DNA of 64,000 nucleotides, from NCBI GenBank assembly GCA_963815195.1, contig CAWFGE010000012.1, positions 1,067,390 to 1,131,389 on the forward strand. Reading direction: 5' to 3'. This DNA comes from an uncultured Planctomycetaceae bacterium. Lineage in GTDB: Bacteria > Planctomycetota > Planctomycetia > Planctomycetales > Planctomycetaceae. Positions 9,799 through 21,881 of this stretch are shown piece by piece (positions within the stretch are counted from its first letter, which is position 1; the number at the start of each line of letters is the position of its first letter). The translations under genes were made by a program, and so were the position numbers. Below the pieces are notes generated by a model. That model saw only the letters and a program-made list of their open reading frames with translations, had not been told where the DNA came from and did no database searches.

Positions 9799-11678
9799 TC
9801 AGAGAGGAGCAGATCGTCGATCAGCAGCTCCGCCGCCCTTTGGCAGGTTGAAGTGAATCTCGTCGATGGATTTCAATTTGCCGGTGGCCGTCTCCATCGC
9901 CATTTGTGACCAGGCGTTTCGCGTCAGGTTTTTGAGATCGGCGGAAAGGCCTTGGCCGGTTTTCGTGTCGAACAGCTTCAACTTTAAGGCATCACCGCCG
10001 GTCAAACGGTAGCGGAAGGACAACTGCGTCCGCTCGCCCAGAGTTCGCGGGCCGCGCAAGTGCAGCCGAATCCAAGGGATGCCGGTTTTGGGATGGGGAA
10101 CCGACTGGGCTGCCCGCCAGAAGTTGCCCGCGTCGGGAATAATCTTGAAATCGCCCGGCCACTGCTCGCCTTCTTTGCCGGTGTCGAAGTGGCCGGTGAA
10201 CAGGATCCGCTTCGGAAACGGCCGGTGTTCGCTGTTCGCCCCGGCGTCGTAAAGCACGATGTCGTCGATCACGACCTCCGCATCGGGATCGACGTAAAAC
10301 TGAATGTCGTCGATCCGCTCGTTCTCGCTGAGCGGACCGCCGGTCCCGTCCGGCCGGCGGGCTTCGGTCATGTCCACCGTTGCGGTCTGCCAGGTTTCTT
10401 GCGGAAGATCTTTCACCACCAACTGCCGATGATAGCCGTTGGACAGGCTGTAGATCTGCACGCGGAGCGTATCGGTCCCCTTGAGCCAATACCTGAACCG
10501 CAGCCGGGTGTTTTTTCCCATCGCCGGCCCCGGCACGGGATTGAAAATCACGGCCGAGTCCATCTGCCGCGAGGGCATCAACAGGCGCGTCGAAGTCGTG
10601 GGTCAACACGCCCCGGCACGCCCTCAGGCTCCCGGCCGGGCGGAGTTTGGTTTCCGGTTTGCCGCTCATCCACCAGAATCGCTCGATGTCGGTGTCGAAA
10701 TCCTCGGCCACGTGGACGCGGAGCGGCATCCGGTCGTCCTCGATCAGCAGGCTCGGCTTGTCCGCGGGGGCGACGAGCGACGACATCCGTTTGACGTACC
10801 ACGTCACAAATTCATCCGCCCTGACCGAAGTCACGAGTTTCGCCTGCGAAGCGGAGTCGGCCGCGACAAGATTGCCTTTCTCGTCCACGGCGAGCGAGCG
10901 TTTTTTACTTTTCACGAATCGCTCATCAAAACACATCGCGATCGCCAGGGCATCACAAAGCGGCGGCTGCTGCCGGTCCCACATTTGATACAGCGTTTGA
11001 ATCTGCCGGCTCAATGGCGTTCCGGGCTTAAAGACTCGATTCACGTCCGTTTCATTGAGGACAAGATTCCGGCCGGCGTCCTTGGCGATGACAACGACAG
11101 GAACCTTCGCGGCAAACACGTTCCGCGCGGCTTCGATGTCGTACGCGATATTCGATTCCAACAGGACGATCGAACGCACCAGGTCCGCCGCGTCCTCGTG
11201 TGTTTCCAACAGCCGGGCGATGTTCGTCAGCGGTCCGAGGGCGACCAGCGAAACTTTTTCCGGCTGCTGTTTCAGACGGTCGTACAAAAACGAGGCGGCC
11301 GGCATTTTTTCGGGCTTGGTCGTCCGGTCGAAGAGCGGATCGGGATGGTAGTAATACTTCGATTGATCGGTGATCGGCCGCGGCGGTTGGGGCTTGGCTC
11401 CCTCGGCGACCCGCGTGTGCTTCCGCCCGGTCGCCGTGAGAAATCGGCACATCATCATGGCCCGGTTGTGGGTATTGTCGCCGACCGTCGTCACGCCGCG
11501 AACGTCCAGTTCCTCGCTGCCGAACGCCAGTCCCAGCGCGAAAGCATCCTCGATGCCGGTGCCGATGTCCGTATCGATCAGGATCGGCACACGCTCCGCC
11601 GGCTCCGCGATTGCGGGGGCGAAAAGAAGTCCCAAAAGAAGCAGAGCGCAAAAAAACGCGAATCAGTTTGAGGGTCAT
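9799..11678 (-). CDS. Secreted nucleoside-hydrolase-like protein fused to two beta-sandwich repeats (frameshifted; 3' end uncertain)
   Basis: LIDTDIGTGIEDAFAL, LVALGPLTNIA, NIAYDIEAA, LCDALA (IU-NH family); signal peptide restored across a T-run near 11650; further shifts near 10590 and 9830. Confidence 0.72.
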
Positions 11679-11942
11679 CGTGTCTCCCGCAGGCTCCTTT
11701 GATTTGGCTGGGCTCATATATCAACGTTATCTTATGCGATCGCCGGCTCAATTGCCACGCATGGGTTGTGGAATTCCTCGGCTCGATCGGGATCCGCCGG
11801 CTTCTGGCTGGGCGAATCCCGCCGAATTCTCAGAAGTTCGCGTTCCCCCGCTAAACCGACTTTCAAATCCTCCTTTGCCAATCCACAATAAAGAGACAAT
11901 CCTATTCTCTCCCATTGATTTGCAGCTTTGACGAACGCCCTC

Positions 11943-14240
11943 ATGAGTTTTTCCTTGAGCCTTCCGCACCGAGCCGCGCTGATCGCGGCGTGTTTTTTCG
12001 TGTTTTCGTCTTCCGCCGGTTTACACGCGGAGGAGGCGGAGCCGGCCGATCCGTCGCGGCTTACGCTGGACCGAATCTATCACAGCGGGGAATTTCAGTC
12101 CCGGCAACCGCATGTGCGCTGGCTGAAAGATGCCGCCGCGTACACCACGTTGGAGCCCTCGAAGCTGGAGCCCAAGGGCCGGGACATCGTCCGCTGGGAC
12201 GCGAAGACCGGCGACTCGCGGGTGATGGTCTCGGCGGCGGACCTGGTGCCGACGCTCGAAGCGGAGCCCTTGGCGATCGACGATTACGCGTTCTCCGCCG
12301 ATCGAGGCCTGGTGCTGATCTACACGCGGTCCCAGCGGGTTTGGCGGCGGAACACGCGCGGCGATTATTGGGTGCTCGACCGCACGCATCGGAAGCTGCA
12401 CCAACTGGGAACATTCGCGAAGCCGTCTTCGCTGATGTTCGCCAAGCTCTCGCCCGACGGCCAAGAGGCGGCCTATGTTTACGAGCGAAACATTTATCTC
12501 GAAAACCTGCGCGACGGGTCGGTCCGGCAACTGACCGAGACGCCTTCCGAAACCATCATCAACGGCACCTTCGATTGGGTTTACGAGGAGGAACTCGGAC
12601 TCCGCGACGGGTTTCGCTTCAGCCCCGACGGCCGCGCGATCGCGTATCTGGCAGCTCGACACCACGGGCGTCAACAAGATGCCTTTGGTCAATAACACAG
12701 GCACGTTTTATCCCGAAGTCACCTGGTTCCCCTACCCCAAAACCGGCCAGCAAAACTCCGCCTGCCGGGTGGGCGTGATCGATCGTGGAGACCGGCAAAA
12801 CCCAGTGGATCGATCTGCCCGGCGGTCTGCGAGATCATTACATCGCCCGCATGGATTGGCTGGCGAACTCGCGGGAATTGCTGATGCAACAACTCAACCG
12901 CGAGCAAAACACCAACCGCGTGATGCTCTACGACGAAAACGACCGGACTCTGAGAACGCTTCTCACCGAACGCGACGACGCCTGGGTCGATGTGCACGAT
13001 GAGATTCATGGGATCGAGGGCGGAAAACGCTTCACTTGGATCAGCGAGCGAGACGGCTGGCGGCACGTGTATTTGGTTTCGCGGGACGGCCAGAAGGCCA
13101 CGCTGGCGACGCCGGGGGATTTCGATGTGATCGAACTGTTGCACGTGGACGAGCGGGGCCGCTGGCTGTACTTCATCGCCTCGCCGGAGAATCCCGCCCA
13201 GAGGTATTTGTACCGCGTTCGGTTCGATGGCACCGGCCTCGCGCGGCTTACGCCGGCTTCGCAAACCGGCTGGCACGATTACCAGATCTCAGCGCGATGG
13301 GAAATGGGCGGTTGCATCGTGCGATCGGATTTCGACACGCCGCCGCGAACCGATCTCGTCCGACTGCCCGCACACGAGCGGCACGAGGCAGCTGGAAGTA
13401 ACAAGGCACTCCTGCGAAACAGTCCGCAAACTGGACCGCTTACCGGTGGAGTTTTTCTATGTGGACATCGGCCGGGACGTGAACCTGCACGGGTGGTGCA
13501 TCAAGCCGCCGAACTTCGATCCCGAGAAAAAATATCCGCTGCTTGATCTATGTCTACGGAGAACCGGCCGGGCCAGACGGTGACCGACCACTGGGGCGGT
13601 TCGAGCGAGCTTTGGCATGCCATGCTTGCTCAACAGGGTTACGTCGTCGTCAGCATGGACAACCGCGGCACCCATGCTCCGCGCGGCAGAGCCTGGCGGA
13701 AGGCGGCCCATCGCAAGATCGGCATTCTCTCGCCCAAGGAGCAAGCCGCCGGCCTCAAGGCGCTGCTCAAAGACCGGTCGTATCTCGATCCGAAACGCGT
13801 CGGCATTTGGGGATGGAGCGGCGGCGGGTCGTCGAGCCTGCAGGCGATCTTCAAGTATCCCAAGCGGTACCGGATGGCGATCGCCATCGCCCCCGTGCCG
13901 AACCAGCGGTATTACGACACGATCTACCAGGAACGCTACATGGGGTTGCCGCGGAACAACGTCGAAGGTTTCCGGGAAGGCTCGGCGATCAACTTCGCCC
14001 ATCAACTCGAAGGGGATCTGCTGCTTGATCCACGGCACGGGCGACGACAACTGCCACTATCAAACGACGGAATTGCTGATTGACGAACTGATCCGCCACA
14101 ACAAGCAGTTCCGCATGTTCGCCTATCCGGGCCGCACCCACGCGATCCGCGAAGGCAAAAACACCACCCGCCACCTGCGGCAAATGATGACCGACTTCCT
14201 CTACGAGAAACTCCCCCGATCAGAGGCGAACGCGGATTGA
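11943..14240 (+). CDS. Dipeptidyl peptidase IV (S9B family), split by several frameshifts
   Basis: Signal peptide, NGTFDWVYEEE, YPKTG, GIWGWSGGG nucleophile, IHGTGDDNCHYQ, YPGRTHAI spread over successive frames. Confidence 0.9.
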
Positions 14241-14322
14241 CCCGCACGTTCATGAGCATCAACCGCTCCACAACGCAGGTTGCCGGGTGACATACACCGT
14301 TGTGCAGCGCATCGAGCCTGAA

Positions 14323-15036
14323 TCAGATCACGTCCTCCAAGCGTTGGCGGAAATCCGCAAACCCCCCGGTGTCGACCGAGTTGATATTGACTGTTCCGTC
14401 AGCAACGAGTTCGCAGAGAATTATTCGGGAGGCGGGCTGGCCGAGGATTTCCTCAAGCTCTTTTTTCAATGCGTTGGATTTCTTCATTCCAGAGTATTCT
14501 TGAGAAGCCGATTTCGCATGCGGATTCTTTCCCAGGGCACAAAGCAGCCACGCTTTCGAGGTTGGCTCTGGAATCATCGGAACACCCCTGGAGAATCCCT
14601 CTTGCGAAAACCCATCCATCATGGACTTCCATTTCTCCGCACGTGTTCCACGCCCGGCCGAGGCGGTGCCGTCGGAGTCGCGAAACAGCACGGCAACAAC
14701 TTCATCATTCAATTCGTTTTGCCTGTCCGTCGCGATCTGGGCCAAGACGCGGGCATTGTTGAAAAAATAGCGAGTTTCCTTGTCTCGCTTTTTACCGGGA
14801 AGCCGCGGCGATTTCTTGGCGGCTTTCAATTCGGAGGCCTGATCGATCAGCGTCCCTTTGGAAACGTAGCCGCATTGCCCGAATTCGAGCAGGGAATAAC
14901 CGTGCTTTTCCTCGACGAGTTGATCGACGACCACGGTCATCGGTCCATATTCATAATCCTCGCCGTCGCAACTTGCCGTATTCCCGGCACAAAGGCCGAG
15001 GTCCGTCGGTCCCTCTCCGCTAAAAAGGAAAAACAT
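14323..15036 (-). CDS. TOPRIM-like (DUF4276/RloB-like) partner of the adjacent ATPase
   Basis: N-terminal GEGPTD and later VLFRDSDG acidic motifs; ATG abuts the ATPase stop codon. Confidence 0.6.
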   Translation of the reverse strand: MFFLFSGEGPTDLGLCAGNTASCDGEDYEYGPMTVVVDQLVEEKHGYSLLEFGQCGYVSKGTLIDQASELKAAKKSPRLPGKKRDKETRYFFNNARVLAQIATDRQNELNDEVVAVLFRDSDGTASAGRGTRAEKWKSMMDGFSQEGFSRGVPMIPEPTSKAWLLCALGKNPHAKSASQEYSGMKKSNALKKELEEILGQPASRIILCELVADGTVNINSVDTGGFADFRQRLEDVI

Positions 15037-16227
15037 TCACTGCCCCTGTATGACCGATTCGATTTCTTCATAGAGGGCTTTGAGATCGGTGTCAGCAAAC
15101 GCCTCGCCGGGCCCCATTACGGTCAGTTTCTCGGACAAGGAGGGGATGGAGAAAAACGGAATCGCCTTCGTGTGGCCTTGGTGATTCCGGTAAAGATAGA
15201 GCACCCCCTCGCGGGCGACTTCGTCGTCCAGGTAATTGAGAATCATCGGGCTATGGGTCGTCACCATAATCTGCTGCGGCGAGGAAACCAGAGCGTCCAG
15301 AACAAACTCGACCAGTTCCGGATTGATCCCATTCTCAATCTCGTCAAACAACAAGAATCGATGGGAGGATTGCAGTTCCGCTAAGATGGCAATCAACCGC
15401 AGCATGCCGTCGTTTACATGCCGGGCTTCCGTTGTCATGAGAGGGAAAAAGCCCGCTGGTTGTCCCTGGTATTTCTCCGTGATCTCAAGCTGCTTCCAGC
15501 CGGACTGCAACGACTTTGTGTGCAGGTCTTCCAATTGCGGATAAACCTTCTGCAATTGCTTGACCAACTGCCGCTGTTTTCTTGTTCCAAGTTCATGCAG
15601 AAACGCTGAGAGTTTCTGGCCGCCGAGGCCGATAGAACCGTCGGCCTCGCGCGTTCGCCGTCTGAGGTACTCCGGCGACAGCAAATCCAGCGATGTGACA
15701 TTCTGAAAGAACTCCTTGAACGCGATGAGCGAAGGAGGAAGCGTGGATTCTTTCAGCTGTGAAAGGATGGACCCTTCGTATTTGAACGAGACTGGACCAT
15801 TCTTCAGAGTACATTCAGTATCCTCTGCTGGAGTTTCGTCACCTCGCATGGAGATGCTGAACCGGTTGCCGTGGACCCGTAAATGCGCCGTCGGTGTTTC
15901 GATGGACTCCGTCGTACAATGCAAAGACTGGGAGTTAAAACTTGCAGTCCAAGTCCACCCTTCTCCTTTGTCGGAATAAAGCTCGACGGAAAAATCGATA
16001 ATGGATTTCTTTGTGAACTGCGATTTGATCTCTTTGGCGGTCCAATTTCGCTCCTTGAGCCACCCTTTGATGTCTCCCCGGACTTGCTGGCCCAAAAAAT
16101 CGATGAATTGCAGGACCGTCGATTTTCCGGATCCGTTCAGTCCGGTCAAACAAATGAATTTCGGCAGTTGCATTTCAAAATCGATCAGCGACTTGAAATT
16201 GTTGGCAGTGATCTTCTGGATTTGCAT
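15037..16227 (-). CDS. ABC/AAA_21-type ATPase (RecF/SMC-like, non-transporter)
   Basis: NFKS, Walker A GLNGSGKST, signature-like VNDGMLR, Walker B LLFDEIENGINP, TTHSP; no TM segments. Start may be 16266. Confidence 0.88.
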   Translation of the reverse strand: MQIQKITANNFKSLIDFEMQLPKFICLTGLNGSGKSTVLQFIDFLGQQVRGDIKGWLKERNWTAKEIKSQFTKKSIIDFSVELYSDKGEGWTWTASFNSQSLHCTTESIETPTAHLRVHGNRFSISMRGDETPAEDTECTLKNGPVSFKYEGSILSQLKESTLPPSLIAFKEFFQNVTSLDLLSPEYLRRRTREADGSIGLGGQKLSAFLHELGTRKQRQLVKQLQKVYPQLEDLHTKSLQSGWKQLEITEKYQGQPAGFFPLMTTEARHVNDGMLRLIAILAELQSSHRFLLFDEIENGINPELVEFVLDALVSSPQQIMVTTHSPMILNYLDDEVAREGVLYLYRNHQGHTKAIPFFSIPSLSEKLTVMGPGEAFADTDLKALYEEIESVIQGQ

Positions 16228-16413
16228 TTTTTGAATGGGAAAGGAAAAGCGCGATCTGTTGTCCACGACGCCAATGCCAGGCCGAAGCTTTTGTCACTTT
16301 GACACAGTTCCAATTATGTGTTGAACCCAGCCTCAATACAACAACCGCACCAGCGATTGTTCGCCGGTGCGGTTGTGGATGGTTCTGGAGGAAGGGAATA
16401 GCCGGCCGGCAGG

Positions 16414-18137
16414 TTACGACGCGCCGACCATTTCTTCCACGGCTTCCAAGTCCTCGGCACCCGAGGCGAGGGCGGATTCGACGAAGCCTTTCAAGTGGTC
16501 GCTGCGGGTGTGGTGTTGCAGCTTTTTGAGGGCTTTGGATTCGATCTGGCGAATGCGTTCGCGGGTGACTTTGAAGATCCGGCCGGTCTCTTCCAGCGTG
16601 TAACTGTAGCCGTCGCCTAGGCCGTAGCGGAGCTTGATGATCTCCCGCTCGCGGTAGGTCAGGCTCTTGAGGACGTGGTCGATCTTGTCGCGAAGCATCT
16701 GGTGCATCGCGGAATCAGCGGGGGTCGCATTCGTTGCCGTCTTCGAGGAAGTCCCCGAAGCTCGAGTCTTCGCTTTCGCCGACCGGCGTATCGAGGCTGA
16801 TCGGGATGCTTCCAGGTCTTCATGATCCGTTCGGTCTCTTCGACGGTCAGGCCGACCGCGTCGGCCAGTTCTTCCATGCTCGGATCGCGGCCGGTTTCCT
16901 GGCGGATTTGCTCGGCTCGGGCCTTCAGCGTGCGAGATGCTCTGGAACATGTGGACGGGAATGCGAATCGTCCGGGCATGGTCGGCCACCGCCCGCGTGA
17001 TCGCCTGCCGAATCCACCAGGTTGCATAGGTGGAGAATTTATAGCCCCGGCGGTATTCGTACTTCTCGACGCCCCGCATCAGGCCGGCGTTGCCTTCCTG
17101 AATGAGGTCGAAAAAGCACAGGCCGCGGTTGCGGTACTTCTTGGCGATGGACACGACGAGCCGCAGGTTCCCGCCCGAGAGCTTTTGCTTGGCGTTGGTC
17201 CAGGAGTCGAAGCGGCGCTGGATCTCGGCACAGCGGGCGCGGAACTCCTCCGGCGCTTTCGAGCGTCATCGCCCGGTACTCCGCCAACTCCCGCTGGCAG
17301 ATGTCCACTTCCGATGAGGCCCCGCGGCGACCTTTGAGGCTCTGGATCTGCTCTTTCAGCTTCGGCGATCCGCTCGCCCATCTGCAGCATCCGCTTCATG
17401 ATCGGCTGCAACCGTTGGGTGCGCAGGCTGAGTTCTTCGCAGAGCGTGCACATTTTCCGCCGGCGGAGGAGCATTCGCTTGCGGATTTCCGCTTTTTCTT
17501 CCTTGCCGGTGCCCTCGGCGGTGAGCAATTCGTAATCCGCCCGGTTCTTTTCGAGGAGCACATTCAGCGTTTTGAGATTATGGGGCATCCGGCCGAGGAT
17601 TTGCTCTTTCTGCACGTTCTCGGTTTCCGAGGTGCGAAGCGTTCGCTCGAACGGCAGTTCCTGGGCGTGGACTTTTTCGAGGATCGCCACCGCTTCGGAC
17701 AGGGCGAAATCGGATTCCAACACCGTGCGGCGGAAGCGTTTGCGCGTGATTTCGATCTGCTTGGCCAGAAAGATTTCCCGGTCGCGAGAAAGCAGCGGGA
17801 TGTTCCCCATCTGGCTGAGGTACATGCGGATGGGATCGCGCGAAGAAAGCGCGGAGGTTTCGGGAGTCATCAGCGACCGCGCCAAGGGCGAGATTTCGCT
17901 GTGGGGATCCGACGGCGAACTGGCGGGAACGGTGCCGTTGACCGGCACCGCTTCGTCCTGGTCCGGCTCGTCCTTCAGTCCCAAGCTTTCTTCTTCCAAC
18001 GCGAGCACCAACTGGTCAACCAGCGTGGGGTCGCCGCCTTCGTCAGGCAAAAACGCATCAATTTCTTGGAATGTCAGATGGCCAACGTCCCGGGCGCCTT
18101 TTACCAGCGCTTGCAGACCTTCATCAATTCTTGGCAC
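16414..18137 (-). CDS. rpoD: Group 1 (RpoD-like) sigma70 factor, split by several frameshifts
   Basis: Region 1.1 (GHLTFQEI), 1.2 ([11 protein letters not shown]), 2 ([24 protein letters not shown]), 4 ([20 protein letters not shown]). Could be a paralogue of the primary sigma. Confidence 0.88.
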
Positions 18138-19314
18138 GGGTCAACTCCCTTGCTTTCTCAAAAATGGACCAAATCGCACGTCCCTGCACGCACGACCGGG
18201 AAATGGAACACACAGAAAAAAGGCCACTTCCCGGTCAGTTATTTCCTGAGGTCGGCCCGGCACAATCCTGAGATGGCGATTGAAGCTCGGGGCAACTGTC
18301 AAATCCGAGGAAAACTTCGCTTCCTCCCAAAATTCTTGTGTTTGGCGCGGTTCTTAACCGCTGGTCGGTTTCACTCCGGTTCCATTTTAGAGAACCGCAA
18401 GTGAAATCTCGTGGGGTGTCATTCACCGGGGCACCGCCCGATAATGAATCTACGTAAGCTGTTTGGAAATCCATCGCCGCTAATAAGATTCCCCGGCAAC
18501 CTCGCCGCCCTCCGCCGCATCCTCTCCGATGGGACAAAAGGGGGGGACTCCAATGCAAAGCAGGCTCTCAATGTTCGAGCATCCTTTCTTCTCGAGAACC
18601 ATGGACGTTTCTCCGCCCAAAGGTAGGAAACGTCGGCATTGTGATGGAGAAGTTGCTTATTGTTCTGGATCAGTCCCTGTCCAAATCCTTTCCGCGAAGA
18701 AAGGCGCTTGCAATAAGCGGCGTATCCTACCAAAACGCCCATCGCTTCGCACACAAAAAATATTCAGATTTCCAATTTTCTTCAAAATAGCCTCAAGTTT
18801 CAGGCTTTTAACCAGAAAGAACGTCCGACCAATAGTGTTTTCCCCACCCCCCAATCCTCCCCTCGAAGAATCCAGGTGGGTTGGGAAGTTTTGCGAAAAC
18901 ACGCCCTCTCCGAGGAAATTATTCGGGAGGTCTTGGTTGTAAGTCAACCGCGGAAATCGGGTTAGATTCAGGAATCCTCCAGTTTGCCCCAATGCGTTCC
19001 CCAAAATTCCCAAATGGAACTCTGGGATTCTCAAATAATCAATCGTTGATTTATGCGCAAGGCCGACTGGTTGGAAGTCGGCGACGGCGATGATATAGTG
19101 GTATGTCGGTATTCAACATATGTCCCGCAGGCGGAGTCTCCGCCCCTCGCTCTCCGCCGGCATTCTCCGCGCGGTAGCCCGGTCGACTCGACCGCTTTCT
19201 CCTCGCGTTCGTTATCGAGACGATTGCACCGCGTGGAGAGAACGGCGACTCCCGATTTTCATCCGACTTTTGATGCTCAAACCTCAATGATTTAGACACC
19301 CGGAGACCAGCAAC

Positions 19315-20454
19315 ATGACGACCGAAACGGAAAAACCCGCCGTGGCCCGCGGACTCAAAGGCGTGAATGTGGCCGACAGCTCCATCTGCCTCGTCAACGG
19401 GACCGAGGGCAAGTTGCTGTACCGGGGCTACGACATCGACGACCTCGCGAACCACGGCACCTTTGAAGAAGTCGCCTATCTCTTGTTCAAGGGCGAACTG
19501 CCGACGGAATCCGAACTCGCGGCTTTCAAAGACACGCTCGCCCGCCACGCCGCGCTCCCGGAACCGGTCAGCGAGTTCCTCATGGCGCTGCCCAAGACCG
19601 TGCTGCCGATGTCGGCTCTGCGGTCGGCCGTGTCGGTTGCGGGGATTTACGATCCGCACGCCGAAGATGACAGCCCCGAAGGCAACTTTCAAAAGTCGAT
19701 CCGCCTCACCGCCCAAATCGCGACGATCGTCGCCGCCATTCGCCGGCTGCGGGACGGAAACGATCCCGTGCCCCCCAAACCGGAACTGGGCTTCGCCGCG
19801 AATTTGATGTATATGCTGAATGGCAGCGAACCGTCGCCCGACGCGGCCAAGGCGATGGATTTGATTTTGATCCTCCACGCCGAGCATGGCCTCAATGCGA
19901 GCACCTTCGCCGCCCGCGTGATCTCCGCGACCTTGAGCGATTTGTATTCCGCCATCACCGGGGCCATCGGGGCCCTCAAGGGCAAGCTCCACGGCGGCGC
20001 CAACACCGAAGTCCTCAAGACCCTCCAGAACGTCGGCTCCGTCGAAAACATCGCCCCCTGGGTCCAGGACGTCCGCGCCAAGAAGGGCAAGTTCATGGGC
20101 TTCGGGCACGCGGTCTATCAAACCGAAGACCCCCGCGCGAAGCACCTCAAGGAATACTCCAAACGCCTCGGCGACGAGACCGGCGAAACCAAATGGTACG
20201 AAATGTCGGTCGAAATGGAGCGGCTCATCTACGAGGAAATCCACCGCCACTCGAACGTCGATTTCTACTCCGCGAGCGTCCAGCACTCGATGGGCATTCC
20301 GGGGGAACTATTTACCTGCATCTTCGCCGCCAGCCGCATCGTCGGCTGGTGCGCCCATGTGCTCGAGCAACTCGCCGACAACAAAATCATCCGCCCCTCG
20401 GTCCACTACGTCGGCCCCCAAGATCGCCAGTACGTGCCGATTGGGGAGCGGTAA
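19315..20454 (+). CDS. gltA: Citrate synthase / 2-methylcitrate synthase
   Basis: LLYRGY, HAEHGLNAST, LHGGAN, MGFGHAVY, NVDFYS; 379 aa short type. Confidence 0.93.
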   Translation: MTTETEKPAVARGLKGVNVADSSICLVNGTEGKLLYRGYDIDDLANHGTFEEVAYLLFKGELPTESELAAFKDTLARHAALPEPVSEFLMALPKTVLPMSALRSAVSVAGIYDPHAEDDSPEGNFQKSIRLTAQIATIVAAIRRLRDGNDPVPPKPELGFAANLMYMLNGSEPSPDAAKAMDLILILHAEHGLNASTFAARVISATLSDLYSAITGAIGALKGKLHGGANTEVLKTLQNVGSVENIAPWVQDVRAKKGKFMGFGHAVYQTEDPRAKHLKEYSKRLGDETGETKWYEMSVEMERLIYEEIHRHSNVDFYSASVQHSMGIPGELFTCIFAASRIVGWCAHVLEQLADNKIIRPSVHYVGPQDRQYVPIGER

Positions 20455-20461
20455 TGGAGGA

Positions 20462-20701
20462 ATGAGTCCGATGCAAATCGAAATCAGCGACGATGTGGCT
20501 AAGTCCATAGAAGACAAGGCCCTCCAAGCCGGGTTTGACAGCGTGGAAGCCTACTTGCGGCATTTGCTCAGCGACATGGAACCCCGGCAAGGCGATCCCG
20601 CGGGCATGCCCTACGACGAGTGGCAGAACAAATATCGCGCTTTCGTCGCCCGACAAAAATCGCGCAAGCCGAATTTCGATGACAGCCGCGAAAGCATCTA
20701 A
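20462..20701 (+). CDS. Small antitoxin-like hypothetical protein
   Basis: GGAGG upstream; 79 aa with RHH-like N-terminus and a DDSRESI tail. Confidence 0.55.
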   Translation: MSPMQIEISDDVAKSIEDKALQAGFDSVEAYLRHLLSDMEPRQGDPAGMPYDEWQNKYRAFVARQKSRKPNFDDSRESI

Positions 20702-20817
20702 CTTAACAATCTCGCATCACGGAGCCCAGTAAGTGTAGGGCCGGCCGCGGCGGCGATCGATGTGGGGAGAATGACATTCTCCAGACCAAAAGGCCGGCAC
20801 GGTCGGCCGTACTTGGC

Positions 20818-21351
20818 TTGATGAATCCGGCAAAGCCGCGTGGACTTGCTATGAATCACCAAGAGTGGCAAGAACCTTTGATGTCCTACCGCGATCGGCA
20901 GCGGTTGATCGTGGATCGCACGTTCGAACTCCATGAAGATCGGATGCGGATTCTCGCCACCGTGGGAGTTGGACGGGCGAAGGTCAACCTTATCGTACCG
21001 CTGGAAAACATCGTCTTGCCGCCCAATCGATTGTGGGTGCGGAGCGGGAACTTCAAGTGGGGAGGGCGACTTGCCCTCGTGTCCGTGCTCGGGCTGATCG
21101 CAGCGTTCCTGTTACAGCCTGCGTCCTCCGAAATGTTGCTCGTCTCTTTCGTCGGACTCGCCGCGGCTTCCTTCTTTCTGGCATTCTATTGCCGGCGAAT
21201 GGAGTTCAAGCAATACCGGAACACAAGCGGCGTCGTGGTCTTCGACATCGGCCGCATCGGCCCGGACGCCGCGACTTTTGACGCCTTCAATGCCAAGCTC
21301 GCCGAGACGATCGAAGCGGCAAAGACCAAGGCTCGATTTGTCGAGTCATGA
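20818..21351 (+). CDS. Hypothetical membrane protein (2 TM)
   Basis: Intact ORF with two adjacent hydrophobic helices; start uncertain. Confidence 0.6.
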   Translation: MMNPAKPRGLAMNHQEWQEPLMSYRDRQRLIVDRTFELHEDRMRILATVGVGRAKVNLIVPLENIVLPPNRLWVRSGNFKWGGRLALVSVLGLIAAFLLQPASSEMLLVSFVGLAAASFFLAFYCRRMEFKQYRNTSGVVVFDIGRIGPDAATFDAFNAKLAETIEAAKTKARFVES

Positions 21352-21378
21352 TCAAATCAATTGACGGTGCTTCCCGCA

Positions 21379-21881
21379 ATGATCACCTTCCGCACGCAAC
21401 TCGAAGCCGGGGATGTTGAGGCGGTGGCCCGGATGCATGGGGAGGTTTATCGCGGGAGTACCGGTTTGATTCGACGTTTGAAGACTATGTTTTCGGGCCG
21501 TTGTCGGAGTTTGCTGCGTCGGAGTCGCCGCGGGAGCGGATGTGGATCGCGGAGCAGGACGGGCGAATCGCGGGGTGCATTGCGATCGTGGAGCACGCGC
21601 CGACCGCGGCGCAGCTTCGCTGGTTTTTAATCGATCCAGCCGCCCGCGGTTTGGGGTTGGGGAAACGGCTGCTCGGCGAGGCGATTGCGTTCTCGAAATC
21701 GTCCGGGTACGAAACCGTGATCCTGTGGACGGTGAGCGAGTTGGCCGCCGCCGCTCATCTTTACCGGTCCGCGGGGTTCCGCAAAGTCGAGGAAGTTCCC
21801 GGGCAAAGGTGGGGCGTCTCGGTCGTCGAGGAGAAATACGAATTAGTCCTCTCGTATAGCCGTGGCGATATGTCCGGCTAA
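21379..21881 (+). CDS. GNAT acetyltransferase (frameshift near 21470)
   Basis: QLRWFLIDPAARGLGLGKRLL and HLYRSAGF motifs. Confidence 0.82.
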
